NCBI RefSeq assembly: GCF_006345805.1
Contig: NC_043003.1
Coordinates: forward strand, 90,334,001 to 90,398,000
Length of the DNA: 64,000 nt
Reading direction: 5' to 3'
Origin: Octopus sinensis
Lineage: Eukaryota
A program made the translations under genes and the position numbers. Positions 1 through 14,326 of the stretch are shown here, in pieces. Every line of letters begins with the position of its first letter. Position 1 is the first letter of the stretch. The notes under the pieces were generated by a model. That model did not search any database. It was given only the letters and a program-made list of their open reading frames with translations, and was not told the DNA's origin.

Positions 1-756
1 CAGGTTTAACCAGGTTTCTTATGATGTCCTATTAAACTCTTCACAATGTGAAATCTAATGGGATCTCTATAAATCCCGAATCCTCATATGCAATACAGAT
101 ATTCCTTGGGACTTATTTTCTGAATCTGTTGCACAAAACTAATAGCGAAGAAAGTATCCTGTAAATTACTTACGCACAAGTATCTTGTAACTCACACACA
201 CACAATTTACAAGATACTCTTTTTATAAGAAAAACTAAAGGTGTATGTATGTATGTATGTATACACACACACACGCATTCATATCTCCTTTAGTTTCTCC
301 AAAATTAGAATAAATTATCTCATGACTTTGTTTAAATAGCAAAGTATTTTAAAGGTGCAGTTAATGTGCTCAAACCAGATTATAGCTTTTTTTTTTGTTG
401 TGTATTTAGAGCAAGAATGATGGATGTATTTTGTATTAGGAAGGAGCAAATTACATGTGCATAAGAAAAAAAAAACCTATCGATGGGGACCTAAACCGAA
501 AAAATCGATCAGTCTTCAATTTTACAAATTTTATAGTTTATTAAACTTTTGTACCTTTAATTTTACATGCTTTAGTTTGGTTAGCTGCCAGAAATAGTTA
601 CTGTTCTCAGTTGTGCATCTGAGAATGTTGCCTGAGGTAGAGTAGTAGTATTGTTATCCATCTCTTTAATTTAATACTAAATGCCATAAAAACCCAAGCA
701 CAGCAGTAGCTCATAAAATCTCATTGAGTCTTTGGACATACACACATATACATACA

Positions 757-1970
757 CAGGGTACGTAAGATATTTAAGGACAGATTTATGTTTATAAAAA
801 AACATAACAGATAACTTTATTTCTCAAAAAATACTATGAGGATAAAAACAAATCTTCTTTCTATAATGTTATTCAATAAAGCAACCTTGAGCTTCAACAA
901 CTGCTTCTTTATGAGATATAAATCATCTACATGCTCAAATCAAGTGGTCTTGGTTCATTGTGGACATTACTCTGACTACGGCAGCTTTCAAAGAATCTTT
1001 GGTGTTATCGGTGTGTTCATTGGCCTCTCTCTCTCAACAACGTTCCACATGTAATAGTCCAATGGATTGAGATCTGAAGAATTAGGAGGCCAAATGTTAG
1101 GGGTTATGTGATCATGAAAATATTCAACCATCCATTCCTGGGTTACTAGAGCTATGTGTGATAGTGTAATCTTACTGAAACGTATATGGCCTTCCATTGC
1201 ATACACTATCTATCCAGGGCTTAATTGTTTCCAGGACCTCAATGTAGGTGGCAGAGTTAACGCTAAGGCCTTGAAAAAAGAAGTAAGGAAGCATCACACT
1301 TCCTTCATTGCTGACAGCTCCTAAAACCATGACAGTTGGACACATCAGAAGGGTCTGCACATTACCATCTGTCATTTCTTCTGTTAACTCTTTGATCTTG
1401 GTCAAAGTTTTTCTCATTTGAGAAAAACCAGATCAAATCTTCTGCTTGATTTTTCAGTTTGTTTAAGAACCTTTTAGAACTGATGTTGTGATTTTCTTTT
1501 GCTTTTTCTGACAAATTCCTCATCATATAAGACTTATATCTGATGTCTTCGTGGACAACATTTCTGACTGTTCCCTCTGACACATGGAGATCTTTTGCAA
1601 TTGATCTCATGGACTTTTCTGGGATTGTAATAAATGCTCTGTTGAACTTGCTGGATAAATTCAGGTGTTCTGATGATTTCAGAGTGTTTAGAATGCTTTT
1701 TATACTTTGATACTGGTGATACATTTCCATCTTCAGTCTGTAGCTCCTTACAAACTTTGTAGATGAAAAGTCTGGCAACTTTTAAAAATCGAGGTATTTC
1801 TAAATCACTATGCTCAACCTTTATAACCACAATAACAGCATGTCTCTTGATTTCTTGAGTAAGCTGAGAATCTGCCATTATTATTTTCTGAAACAAAGAT
1901 TATACAGAGTTAGCAAAAATTGTAGCAATGACTCAAATAAAGTATATCCCTAAATACCTTATGCACCCAG
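757..1970 (-). mobile_element. Tc1/mariner superfamily DNA transposon, maT/DD37D-like, near full length, frameshifted transposase
   Basis: Imperfect TIRs (cagggtacgtaagatatttaagga at 757; ccctaaataccttatgcacccag ending 1970, followed by TA). Minus-strand fragments FFSNEKNFDQDQRVNRRNDRW, VMVLGAVSNEGSVM, KPWIDSVCNGRPYTFQ and WPPNSSDLNPLDYYMW. D-to-D spacing is 37 once a 2-nt deletion is restored. Confidence 0.85.
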
Positions 1971-2881
1971 TATATATATATATAATGGATGTATGTGTTT
2001 GTACACATTTATTTATACATACATACATCATTTACTTGAGTAAATGAAAAGACATTTTTACATTTATTTACATCAGCTAAAATGTTTGAGGTTATAATTT
2101 TTATTCAGTATGTCTCTGGCTGTGATAATTATCTCTCAAAGGCCTAGAAAAGGTGAAAAGATAACAGAAGATACAGCAGTAAGATCATTGTATTACTGAC
2201 ACTGCTGGTTCAAATTCTCTGCTGTGCCAAACATGTGAGGAATGTTACATAATTCCACTAAGGTATTTTAATTGTACCACGACACTTAGTGGTAGATGAA
2301 GAGAAGAAAATATTGGCAAGGGACTATATAGGGGACAAATTGGTAGAGTCATCAGAGCTTTAGAAAAAATGTTTTGTGATACTTGTTCCCATACTGTATT
2401 CAGAATTCAAATCTTGTTGAGATCAACTTTATCTTTTATCCCTTCAGGATCGATGAAAAAAGTACCAATCCATGGTAGTGGATTGACAGAACTTTCAGAA
2501 CATTAAACTGGATCTCTTCCTGTATTTGTTATGGCTGTGAGCATTCTGAGTACAAATCCCACCATAGCCTACTTGTGTGGTAATTTAACCTGTTGCCCAG
2601 TTTAACACCATCACCTGGCACCACATGTGCAGTCAAGCTTGGTTTCTAGTTTGAGGGTAACTTCCTTCCTCCCTTTCTTGGAGGCCTTGTAATGGACTAT
2701 GGGCACAGGTTTTCCTTCTGGGACTGTATCTACAAAAACTACTTTAAAACAGTACAGCAATATAAAATATCAATAGTATTTGAGTCCTTGTGTGTGCGTG
2801 AGTGAGAGAGAAAAAGAAAGGGTTGGATGTGTTAAATGTTTTAATATTTGATAAGGACAATGTAAAAAGTTATTAACTGTG

Positions 2882-2912
<31 letters not shown>

Positions 2913-3307
2913 GAGCCATTATGGAATTGATATGTTGTTTACTTCTTAGTTGCATCTGCTATTTTCCTTGGTTACATGTGCAAGTTTCTGGAAATGTTAC
3001 AGCAAAATTAGTTAATCATAGTGATATTGGCTCCTGACTCATCACTTTTGAAGCATAATATGGACAGGGGGCAGGTGGTAAGAACAGAGATGACACACGT
3101 ACACAAAAGAAGTAAAAATGATTACATGGTCAGCAGGCATCAGTATGGACCTAGAAATCCTAATGACCCCAGAAAACCACAGAGCCATTCTGGAGTAGTG
3201 TTTCAAAACTTATGCAGAAAAAGATTCAATAGTAAATACAGGTCTAGACTAAGTATAGATAGATGAAATGACCTATGCTCTTAATCAATTTATTTCTTAT
3301 AACCATA

Positions 3308-3480
3308 GGCGCAGGTGTGGCTGTGTAGTAAGAAGTTTGCTTTCCAACATCATGGTTCTAGGACCAGTTCCACTGCATAGCACCTTGAGCAAGTGTCTTC
3401 TACTATAGCCTTGGGCTGATCAAAGCCTTGTGAGTGGATTTGGTAGACAAAAACTGAAAGAAGCCTGTCATATCTATGTA
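3308..3480 (+). mobile_element. tRNA-derived SINE family A, head only
   Basis: ggcgcaggtgtggctgtgtagtaagaag...ccttgtgagtggatttggtagac...actgaaagaagcc matches the head of the full copy at 15950. Confidence 0.85.
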
Positions 3481-3807
3481 TATAAAAGTGAGGATGTGTG
3501 TAAACCTGCAGAATTTCTGAAGTTCACAACTGATTTTCTCCAAACTGGGGGCATCTATTACTTATGTTCTAGAGATGGTTTTAGACTCTTAAAATTTTTT
3601 CACATAATGAGTAATGGGGCACCTGGGGGAAGAAAACCACCTTTCCTGGGTAAACAGTATGAACGATTGCATAACTTGGTTGCTTCATTGGATCAAAGGA
3701 CATTGCTCTTTATGGTGTAATTTCTCTACCTCTCCTATATTATAAAATAGCTGAGTCAGAGAGAAATATATCTAGAAAAAATATCTAAATCAAAAGCAAA
3801 AAGTTTT

Positions 3808-3856
3808 TATATGTCAACGTTTTACCCACTACACTGCGGACTTCATCAGGACTATA
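3808..3856 (-). ncRNA. Minimal type I hammerhead ribozyme motif (Penelope-type), G12>A variant
   Basis: Minus strand: tatagtc-CTGATGA-a-gtccgc(agtgta)gtgggt-aAAAC-GTT-gacatata. Helix I pairs tatagtc with gac(a)tata, helix II has 6 bp including G.U wobbles, and helix III is the palindromic ACGT. Confidence 0.65.
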
Positions 3857-4039
3857 ATGAATACAAGCTTTTCACACATAAGAGTGCATGGTGTCTTCAC
3901 ATCTTTGTGGCATGCTGCATCCTGTTTAGTTCTATGTTGTGCCCCCTCCGGCATAGAATCAAGAAAGGGAATGGTTTCTGGGCAAACAGGTGTGAACCAA
4001 GTGACAACACGGGGGAGAATGCAGTGCAAACAACCTCAG

Positions 4040-4260
4040 GTGTGAGCGTGATTAATCCACTTAGGCTCAGTGCTGCTTTTTCAATATACCAACACGATGT
4101 GGGAAGACAGTGACATTGTCCCTCCTTCATCGTAGAAACAGCAATGAGGCAAAAATGGGATGCTGCCAAACAAAACAACTTCCACAGGCCACAACATCAA
4201 CTTCAAATCGTTTACACACACTCATCGGATAACTTATTCAGCAGTACATGCCCATCATTT
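4040..4260 (+). pseudogene. Degenerate Penelope-like GIY-YIG endonuclease fragment
   Basis: Frameshifted pieces NPLRLSAA / FNIPTRCGKT / STGHNINFKS resemble the PLE endonuclease pattern VY.IPC.CGK.YIG...TGH.I.F. The YIG core itself is missing. Confidence 0.4.
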
Positions 4261-4864
4261 ATTTCAAGTGTTGCCTTGCCCCCTGCTCCTTTTTCACACC
4301 ATTTCTTTCATGTAGATTTTTCATGAGGTGCTGTTGTGCATGACCATGGGCTTATCACATAGATGGAGTTCCTATGTCTGGTAGCTGTTCGGTGTGGTAG
4401 CGGCAGCACTGACAGCCGCAAAGGAGAGTATATCCACTGAGAACTTTTTGGTGTGTTCCCCACCCCCACTTTTTCTTGTTAGGTTAGGGTCTGAATCCTC
4501 CAAACAGACGCATGACATGTCATTTAGTCGAATTAACCTATCATTTACTCCACAGATGTTTTGTTGTCAATGCTGCACTTTCCCGTATCACATGTTTCAA
4601 TTTTACTGTATATACAAACTATGCTATTTTTAATCCTGAGCAATGCTGGGTATCTTTGCTAGTGTGTGTGTGTGTGTGTATATACACATGCAAAATATGA
4701 GGGTTTAGTTCACAGGTGATCTAAATGAATAGGTACACTGGATAAGTGCTGTAATGGATTACCAAGGCTCCAAGCTCAGCCGAGACATGAGTTATGGGAC
4801 CATTGTAGATTTCTGATATAGCAGATATATATTTGTTAAAGAGGACAACAAACGCTAAGGCAAG

Positions 4865-7800
4865 TGTTGTGAAATCCTGACACCCTTGTGGGATAGCAAG
4901 TGAACTGTCCTAAACCTTATAAAGGCGTATGCGTACTGACAGTATGAGGTACAGTGTGGTGTATGCAGTCACATTTGTGAAGGCAGTCGTTGAGAGAGAG
5001 ACAAGTTTTTTATGTGTTTGTTACCGATTTAGTTTTTGTAGTGTTATGACACTGTTACAGTGTAACCTATATCCAAAATCAAGGATAGTGGCAACGAGAC
5101 ATTTGAAGCTCACTGTGGACGTTCTTAGCATGGAAGACCTATTAGCTTCCATGGTATAGTTGCAATGGCAACTGCAACAACAACAATAAGAACAACAGGA
5201 ACAGCAACATCAACAAAATCAACAGTTGTTGGAATTATTGTTGCAGTTCAAAAACATTTCAGGTTCTTTTTCGGCAGACAGGGTTGCTAATTCAATTGAA
5301 GAATTTATTTATAATCCAGAAGAAGGGATTATGTTTTCTGCATACTTCAGAATGTAGAAACTGGATGGATGAAAAGAAGGTACAACTTCTTTTAAGGAAA
5401 TTGTCACCTGCTGATCACAAAAAGTATTGTAATTACATCCTGCTGAGAAAACCACCTGAAATTTGTTTTGAGGAAACAACCTGTTATCTAGAATATTCAG
5501 GGAAAGAAGTTCACTGTTTAATATTCTCTGGGAGTGCTTGAATTTGAAAAAAAAAGAGAAACTGAAGATTTTGTCATGTATGTTGGAATTGTAAACAGAG
5601 AATGTTAAAAAATGAAACTAAACGAAATTAACCCTGGATATGTTCAAATATCTAATCTTTGCACAAAGATTAACTGCAAGCAAAGATGCAGAGATACGGG
5701 CTCAGATATTGACAAAACTAGAACAAGATTTGAAACTAACTCTACAGGCAGTAGCTGAAGAATGCCAAAGGATTATAAATTTATGACAGGACACAGAAAA
5801 AATTGAAAAAAAATTATTCAAATATACATATGTCAACCTGTAACAGGACCAAAACTATGCTATGGGTGTGGAGAAATACATTTTAAAAGAAGCTGTCCAT
5901 TTGAAATTCTAAAATGTTCTGGATGTGGAAAAATCGGACATAAGAATTCACATTGTTGGGTGAAACAAAAAAGGTCAAATGAAAGAATTCGAGAAAAAAA
6001 TGTATTGTCAACACAAATGCAAACTGAGGCACAAAAAGGAAAATAAATAATGGAAATATGAGACTACAGATGGACACAAGGTAGTGATATCATAATAATT
6101 AATGATGATACATGGGGAAAAATTGGAAAGCCTACATTGAAAAAAATTTTGAAAATTGCGCAAGGTGTTTCAGGGAAACAGTTGCAATTTTTGGTCTAAA
6201 TGATAAGTGAGGGGACATTTCATAGAAAAACTTTGAAAGTCAAAGTTTTTGTATTAAAAAATACAACAAACTTATTTGGCACAGACTGGATGGAACTATT
6301 TAATTTATGGGACCTATATATATTTTTATATTTTTTTGTAATAATGTGAACGGTTCTTATGCCAGTTCAAATAAGGCATCGGAGGATCTAAAAATGAAAT
6401 TAAAAAAGGTTTTTCCTGATGTTTTTTTCTGAAGAATTAGGTGGGTGCACCAAGACAAAAGTAAAATTTCAAGTGAAAGAAATGCTGTACCAGTATCTAG
6501 ACTGAAGCGAGCTGTACCTTTTGTAGCGTTGAATCAAGTCAACGAGGAATTGGATAGACTTGAAAAGTTGGAGTTATAGAAAAAGTGATTATTCAGAATG
6601 AGCATCACCAACTGTTTATGTAAAGAAAAAAAATAAATAAAATGCGAGTATGCACTGACTTTTCAACAGGCTTGAACGAATGTTTGATGATGTACAATTA
6701 CCCATTACTAAGTCTGGAGGAAATTTTTGTGAAACAAATGGAAGAAAATTTTTTTCTAAGTTGGACTTGTCGGAGGTGTATTTACAGTTACAAGTTGAGG
6801 AATGTTCGAAATTATTAACAATAAACACCCATAAAGGTTTATATAAACTCAATTGACTTCCTTTTGGGATAAAGGTAGCTCTTACTATTTTCCAACAGGT
6901 GATGGACATTATGCTTGCGGATACAGATTTCATTATAGCTTGAAGAGCACTCCATTGGTTACGATGATGAGGGTCCTGGCTGATATGATCAATGGAACAG
7001 CTTGCTTGTGAAATTAACATGTAAGTGGCTGAGCACTCCAGATACAGAAGTACCCTTAATGTAGTTCTCAGGGAGATTCAGCATGACACAAAGTGTGACA
7101 AGGCTGGCCCTTTGAAATACAGGTACAACTCATTTTTGCCAGCTGAGTGGACTGGAGCAACGTGAAATAAAGTGTTTTGCTCAAGGACACAATGCATCAC
7201 CAGGAATTGAACTCATGACCTTATGATTGTGAGCCAAATGCCCTAACCACTAAGCCATACACCTTCACTATAGCTTACTTGGAAGACATACTCATAAAAA
7301 GTGAGTCTTGAGGCCAGTATGAGGAACATGTTAAAAAGGTCTTTGAAAGAATAAAGGAGTATAGATTTAAACTTAGTGAGGAAAAATGTGAAATTTTCAT
7401 TCCAGAAATAAATAACCTAAGGCAAATTATTGATAAAAATGGTTGCAGGCCAGATCCTTCAAGGTTGACTGCAATAAAAAATATGCTGCCCCTGAAAAAT
7501 ATTACAGTGTTACAAGCATCTTGGGACTCACAAACTATTACCAAACATATATACCAAATATGCATGTGCTAAGAGCACCCCTAAACAACCTATTGAAAAA
7601 AGATGTTAAATAGTATTGGTCGGACAGATGCCAAAAAGTGTTTGAAGAAATCAAAAATAGTTTTAACATCGGAACTGTCATTATTGTGCCTTGATCCAAA
7701 TTTAAAAATAGTAGTAGCATCAGATACTAGCAAAAGTGGTATATGAGCGGTAATTTTATACAAGTATGAAAATAGTAGCCCAAAATCCATCGCTCATGCT

Positions 7801-8113
7801 TCATGTTCACTGTTGGCGGCTGAAAAAACTACAGCCAAATTGAGAAAGAGGCATTAACCATTATTTTTGTGGTGAAAAAATTTCACAAATTCATACATGG
7901 AAGGAAATTCAGTCTGCATTCGAATCACCGCCCATTATTGTCAGTTTACCGATTGAAAAAGATATCCCCCCACACACAGCCAACTGATTACAGCGTTGGG
8001 GGACGATCATGGAAAATTATAACTTTAAGATGGAATTTCTACCATTGGAAAAATTGGGACATGCAGATGGACTGTCAAGATCGATACCTAAATACAACGA
8101 ACCGTTAGAGAAC
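4865..8113 (+). mobile_element. Ty3/Gypsy LTR retrotransposon remnant (putative 5' LTR, gag, protease, RT, RNase H; integrase absent)
   Basis: Possible LTR from tgttgtg at 4865 and PBS-like tggcaacgag at 5089-5098. Q-rich gag start at 5130, zinc knuckle CYGCGEIH...CSGCGKIGH (~5860-5940), protease QMDT.SDI (~6065). RT motifs SKLDLSEVYLQ, LPFGIK and YLEDILI; RNase H motifs ASDTSK, NYSQIEK and HADGLSR. Many stops and frameshifts. Confidence 0.9.
6942..7268 (-). mobile_element. tRNA-derived SINE family C, full length, inserted in Gypsy RT
   Basis: A box tggcttagtgg and B box gagttcaattcc on the minus strand; 8-bp TSD tatagctt at 6934-6941 and 7269-7276. Confidence 0.9.
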
Positions 8114-9170
8114 AGTCTTCTGGAATCTCCTCCCAGACCTTCAGGATCTACTTGCAGATCGTTCCCAAGTCGACTTTCTTCATGCGCCCGGTCTTTGTCA
8201 TCGCCTTCAGTGCATTGGCCATCCAATCCTCCCAGTTTGTTGATTGCAACATCAAAGGGTTGAAGAAGGGATGTCATTCCCCCCGGGAATAATTGCCATG
8301 TCAATGTTCAGACAATGTATCTTTGCCTTGGTTTCTTCTGACTTGTGGCATCTGAATGTGTCCAGAACCAGGCGTCTCCTTCTCTGATGCAGTCTACTGA
8401 TGTGCTGCCCCCACACTACCCAAAGCGAGTCCTCGATGAGTGTCAGGTCCATCCAAACTTTCACTTGGGCTCAAATGATGACCCCTTCAAGAAACTTGGC
8501 ATCTTTGGGTAGTGTCTTCCTCTTAAAGACAACGTACAGTGGCAGTGTTCTTCCGTCTGCCATGCAAACCAGCAACACCACAAAACAGTCCTTCTCGTGA
8601 CCCATCATGATGATTTCCACTGTCTTCTCCTTCTCAGCAACAGTTCTTGCCATTGGAAGATCGAACATGAGGGGAGTCTGGTCTGTGTTACCAATGTGGC
8701 TCAGAGGGTACTGATGCTGTTTATGCAGGTTGATGATAAACTGCTGGAACCTCTCAGTCTTCTTGTCAAGATCTTCTGGCAGCCGCTGTGCAATGTGGAT
8801 GCAATGCCTGATGGACAGATCAAGCCTGTGCATACCACCAGAAAGCTCATGATGTGCTGGAATAGAAGTCTCTGATGCCGATGTCTTTGGCAATCTTCTT
8901 GGCCTCGATCCAAAGGGTGAGTGTCAACACTGAGTCCCGGCATCCTCTTCTCCTTCACCCATCTGAGAAGCCTCTGCTCTAATTCTGGCCACTGCGCCAT
9001 CTTGCCCCTCATTGCCTTCTTCTTGGGCATCAACTTGATTGTGGCCTTATTGAAGTGCCATCATTGGACAACAAATTGAAGTGACGGCCCGTTGCACAGT
9101 TTCCAAACTCCTCAGCAAAGCTGGAAACAGAGCTTGAAGGCGGCTGTGACTGCTTGTCTCGGATTGATGA
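8114..9170 (-). mobile_element. pogo-family (POGK-like) transposase pseudogene
   Basis: N-terminal TAAFKL..., HTH region QWPELEQRLLRWVKEKR, and DDE_1 motifs IGNTDQTPLMFDLP, GHEKDCFVVLLVCMADG, LVLDTFRCH and IPGGMTSLLQPFDVAINK. Frameshifted. Confidence 0.9.
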
Positions 9171-9575
9171 CTTGACCGTCGTTGAACTTGAAGAGCGGAG
9201 TAGATGAGTCAGTAAAGCTAATTACGGTCCAAACAATAGGATGTAGCGTTAAAGCTTCCTTTGATATTACCATTTTCTTCATGTATTTAAGTAGATATAT
9301 TATGAAAAATAAACAAAGCAGTGCACTTACCAATACTTTAAGGTACAGTAATGAAATTCCAATTGACTTGATTTGTACTCCTTTGTAGCATTGGTGATGG
9401 TGATGAAACTTACCTTTCCCCGTTTAAGATAATTCTGAATAGATGCACTTATCTCCCCTTATATGAAATAATTTTTCATATTCCATTTTAATTTACTTGC
9501 TACCTAGTAAATACATTCATCAATCATGTTCAAGAATAAATCACAGCTTTCCCTCTCTCTCGTTTTCCTACACAG

Positions 9576-9646
9576 CGAGATAAGTCATACATCCAGGTCA
9601 CCGAACAATAGTTGTTTACATTGTAGACCTGGAGATTACCGGACTC
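9576..9646 (+). other. Candidate non-coding exon in a CpG-retaining segment
   Basis: Polypyrimidine tract plus CAG before 9576 and a consensus GTAAGT donor at 9647. The segment ~9540-9880 keeps more CpGs than its surroundings. No transcript evidence. Confidence 0.35.
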
Positions 9647-9974
9647 GTAAGTAATTCACAATAAATCAGAGGGGGAATGGAAATTGCGATCAACTGTCAG
9701 TCATAGTACATTTGTCAGACAAAAGGTCTTTACAGAAATTCTCGCTACTTTTCTACACGTCCCTCTTCTGTAGGATTGCAGCGCTATCGAAGTGGAGGCT
9801 GTGATCGAGACGACACCAGTGCTTGAAATGTATAATGTTATAAGAGCATATGACGGACAAAATGGACGATGACACTGAAATAAGAATATTTAAACAGTTT
9901 TTTTTTACTAGTTTTAACAGTCTTGGATAATTACATGAAATAATGTTCAGGTTTTAGATTGACTTTTCCTTGTA

Positions 9975-10053
9975 CCCATGTATAAACTGCACCCTCCTTT
10001 TCCTGGATTTTCCCATCAGAAAAATGTGCAGTTAATACACTGGCATATACAGT
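9975..10053. mobile_element. pogo/Tigger-type terminal sequence
   Basis: acccatgtataaactgcaccc...aaaatgtgcagttaatacactggcatatacag followed by TA; internal inverted repeat typical of TACCGTA-type ends. Confidence 0.5.
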
Positions 10054-10739
10054 ACTCAACAAACACAACGAAGCCATCACAACTTGTAAACTCAAATTCT
10101 TCTGCACTTTTAAATTCTTCCATAAATCCAAGTGTAAACTTACCCCTCACACATAACACTTACATACCTTCATGGTCAATATTACATCCCCGTGTATATC
10201 TTTTCTATCAACCTTAGTACCTTAGAAGATAACTGTTAATTCTTTAAATTATGTTTAAACCTTAACTTAAGATCCCCTAATCCTTAGTTGTAACCTTTAT
10301 TCCTAAATAATTTAACATTCAATTGGTTTCTCCATTCATGCCTACCTACACATTCACCCTGTATGAGACTCATACCCCCATGGCTAGAATTGTTTCTATA
10401 GCCACTGACCTTAGCCATAAAATGGACACAAACACTTACTACTTGACTTCCTGCCCCAACCCATAAAAACATCTTTATTTCTTTTTTTCTCCAGTCCTTT
10501 ATTTCATTGTTTCCTTAATCTATACTCTTCACATTTTCCCTATGTGTCTCCTATGACTGAATATCCCATATTTTGAGATATCTCAGAAACAGTTGTAAGA
10601 CTTTAAATTGTTCTAATAATAATAACATTTATAACTTGAGATGTTTGTCTTGCCTTAGCGTTTGTTTCTTCTTTAACAAATAAATATATGTATGTATGTA
10701 TGCATGTATGTATGTATATATGCATGCCTTTGAGTATGC

Positions 10740-10930
10740 TTGTCTTCCACCACTACTTGACAATCGGTGTTGTTATATTTATGCCCCCATAACATAGTGG
10801 TTTGGCAAAAGACACTAATAGTCCTTTACAAAAAACTAGTGCTGAGGTCAATAAGTTTGACTAAAATTCTTCAAGGTGGTGCCCCAGTATGGCCACAGTC
10901 TAATGACTGAAGCAAGTAAAAGATAAAAGA
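10740..10930 (+). mobile_element. SINE family A 3' half (CR1-type tail)
   Basis: Ends ggtggtgccccagtatggccacagtctaatgactgaagcaagtaaaagataaaaga, matching the tail at 16321-16375. Confidence 0.75.
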
Positions 10931-10998
10931 TAATTCTAATTAAAAAGTGGGCATTGTTTAACCCTTTAGTATTTAAACCGGCCATATCCGGCCAAAAT

Positions 10999-11034
<36 letters not shown>

Positions 11035-11037
<3 letters not shown>

Positions 11038-11264
11038 CTTTACTGCCCACAAGGGGCTAAACACAGACGGGACAAATAAGGACAGACGAACGGATTAAGT
11101 CGATTATATCGACCCCAGTGTGTAACTGGTACTTAATTTATCGACCCCGAAAGGATGAAAGGCAAAGTCGACCTCGGCGGAATTTGAACTCGGAACGTGA
11201 CGACAGACGAAATACAGCTACGCATTTCGCCCAGCGTGCTAACGTTTCTGCCAGCTCGCCGCCT
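11035..11264 (-). mobile_element. tRNA-derived SINE family B, young copy inside (TA)n
   Basis: Close reverse complement of 41806-42041; CpGs retained; B box gagttcaaattcc. Confidence 0.9.
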
Positions 11265-11303
11265 ATATATATATATATCATATATATATCATATATATCA
11301 TGT

Positions 11304-11505
11304 TGATTTGCTAGCCTCTGCACGCATTTTTTTTCTCTCTTTGTTTCTCTCCGTGTTTCTTTTCTGTGTATCTTTCTGTTGAAGAGCGTAGGCTCGAAAC
11401 GTAAAAGACTTGTTTTATTTATATTCCTGAGCGCCATACTAATACAATTGTTTGTTTGTATTCCACCTGCCTTCGTCTTTTGTTTATTTTCATAAAGCTT
11501 CCCGT
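11304..11505 (+). mobile_element. Penelope-like element terminal (pLTR) fragment
   Basis: Pyrimidine-rich run, then gaagagcgtaggctcgaaacgt with a hammerhead fold, embedded in the (AT)nC array. Confidence 0.65.
11371..11408 (+). ncRNA. Minimal type I hammerhead ribozyme motif, A6>U variant
   Basis: tcttt-CTGtTGA-a-gagc(gtag)gctc-GAAAC-GTA-aaaga. Helix I has 5 bp, helix II has 4 bp with a tetraloop, and the predicted cleavage is after 11403. Confidence 0.6.

Positions 11506-14326
<2,821 letters not shown>

Noticed and set aside
6942-7268. tRNA gene calls for A/B-box sequences
   Set aside because: They are SINE heads continuing into SINE bodies with TSDs; I could not build a full cloverleaf.
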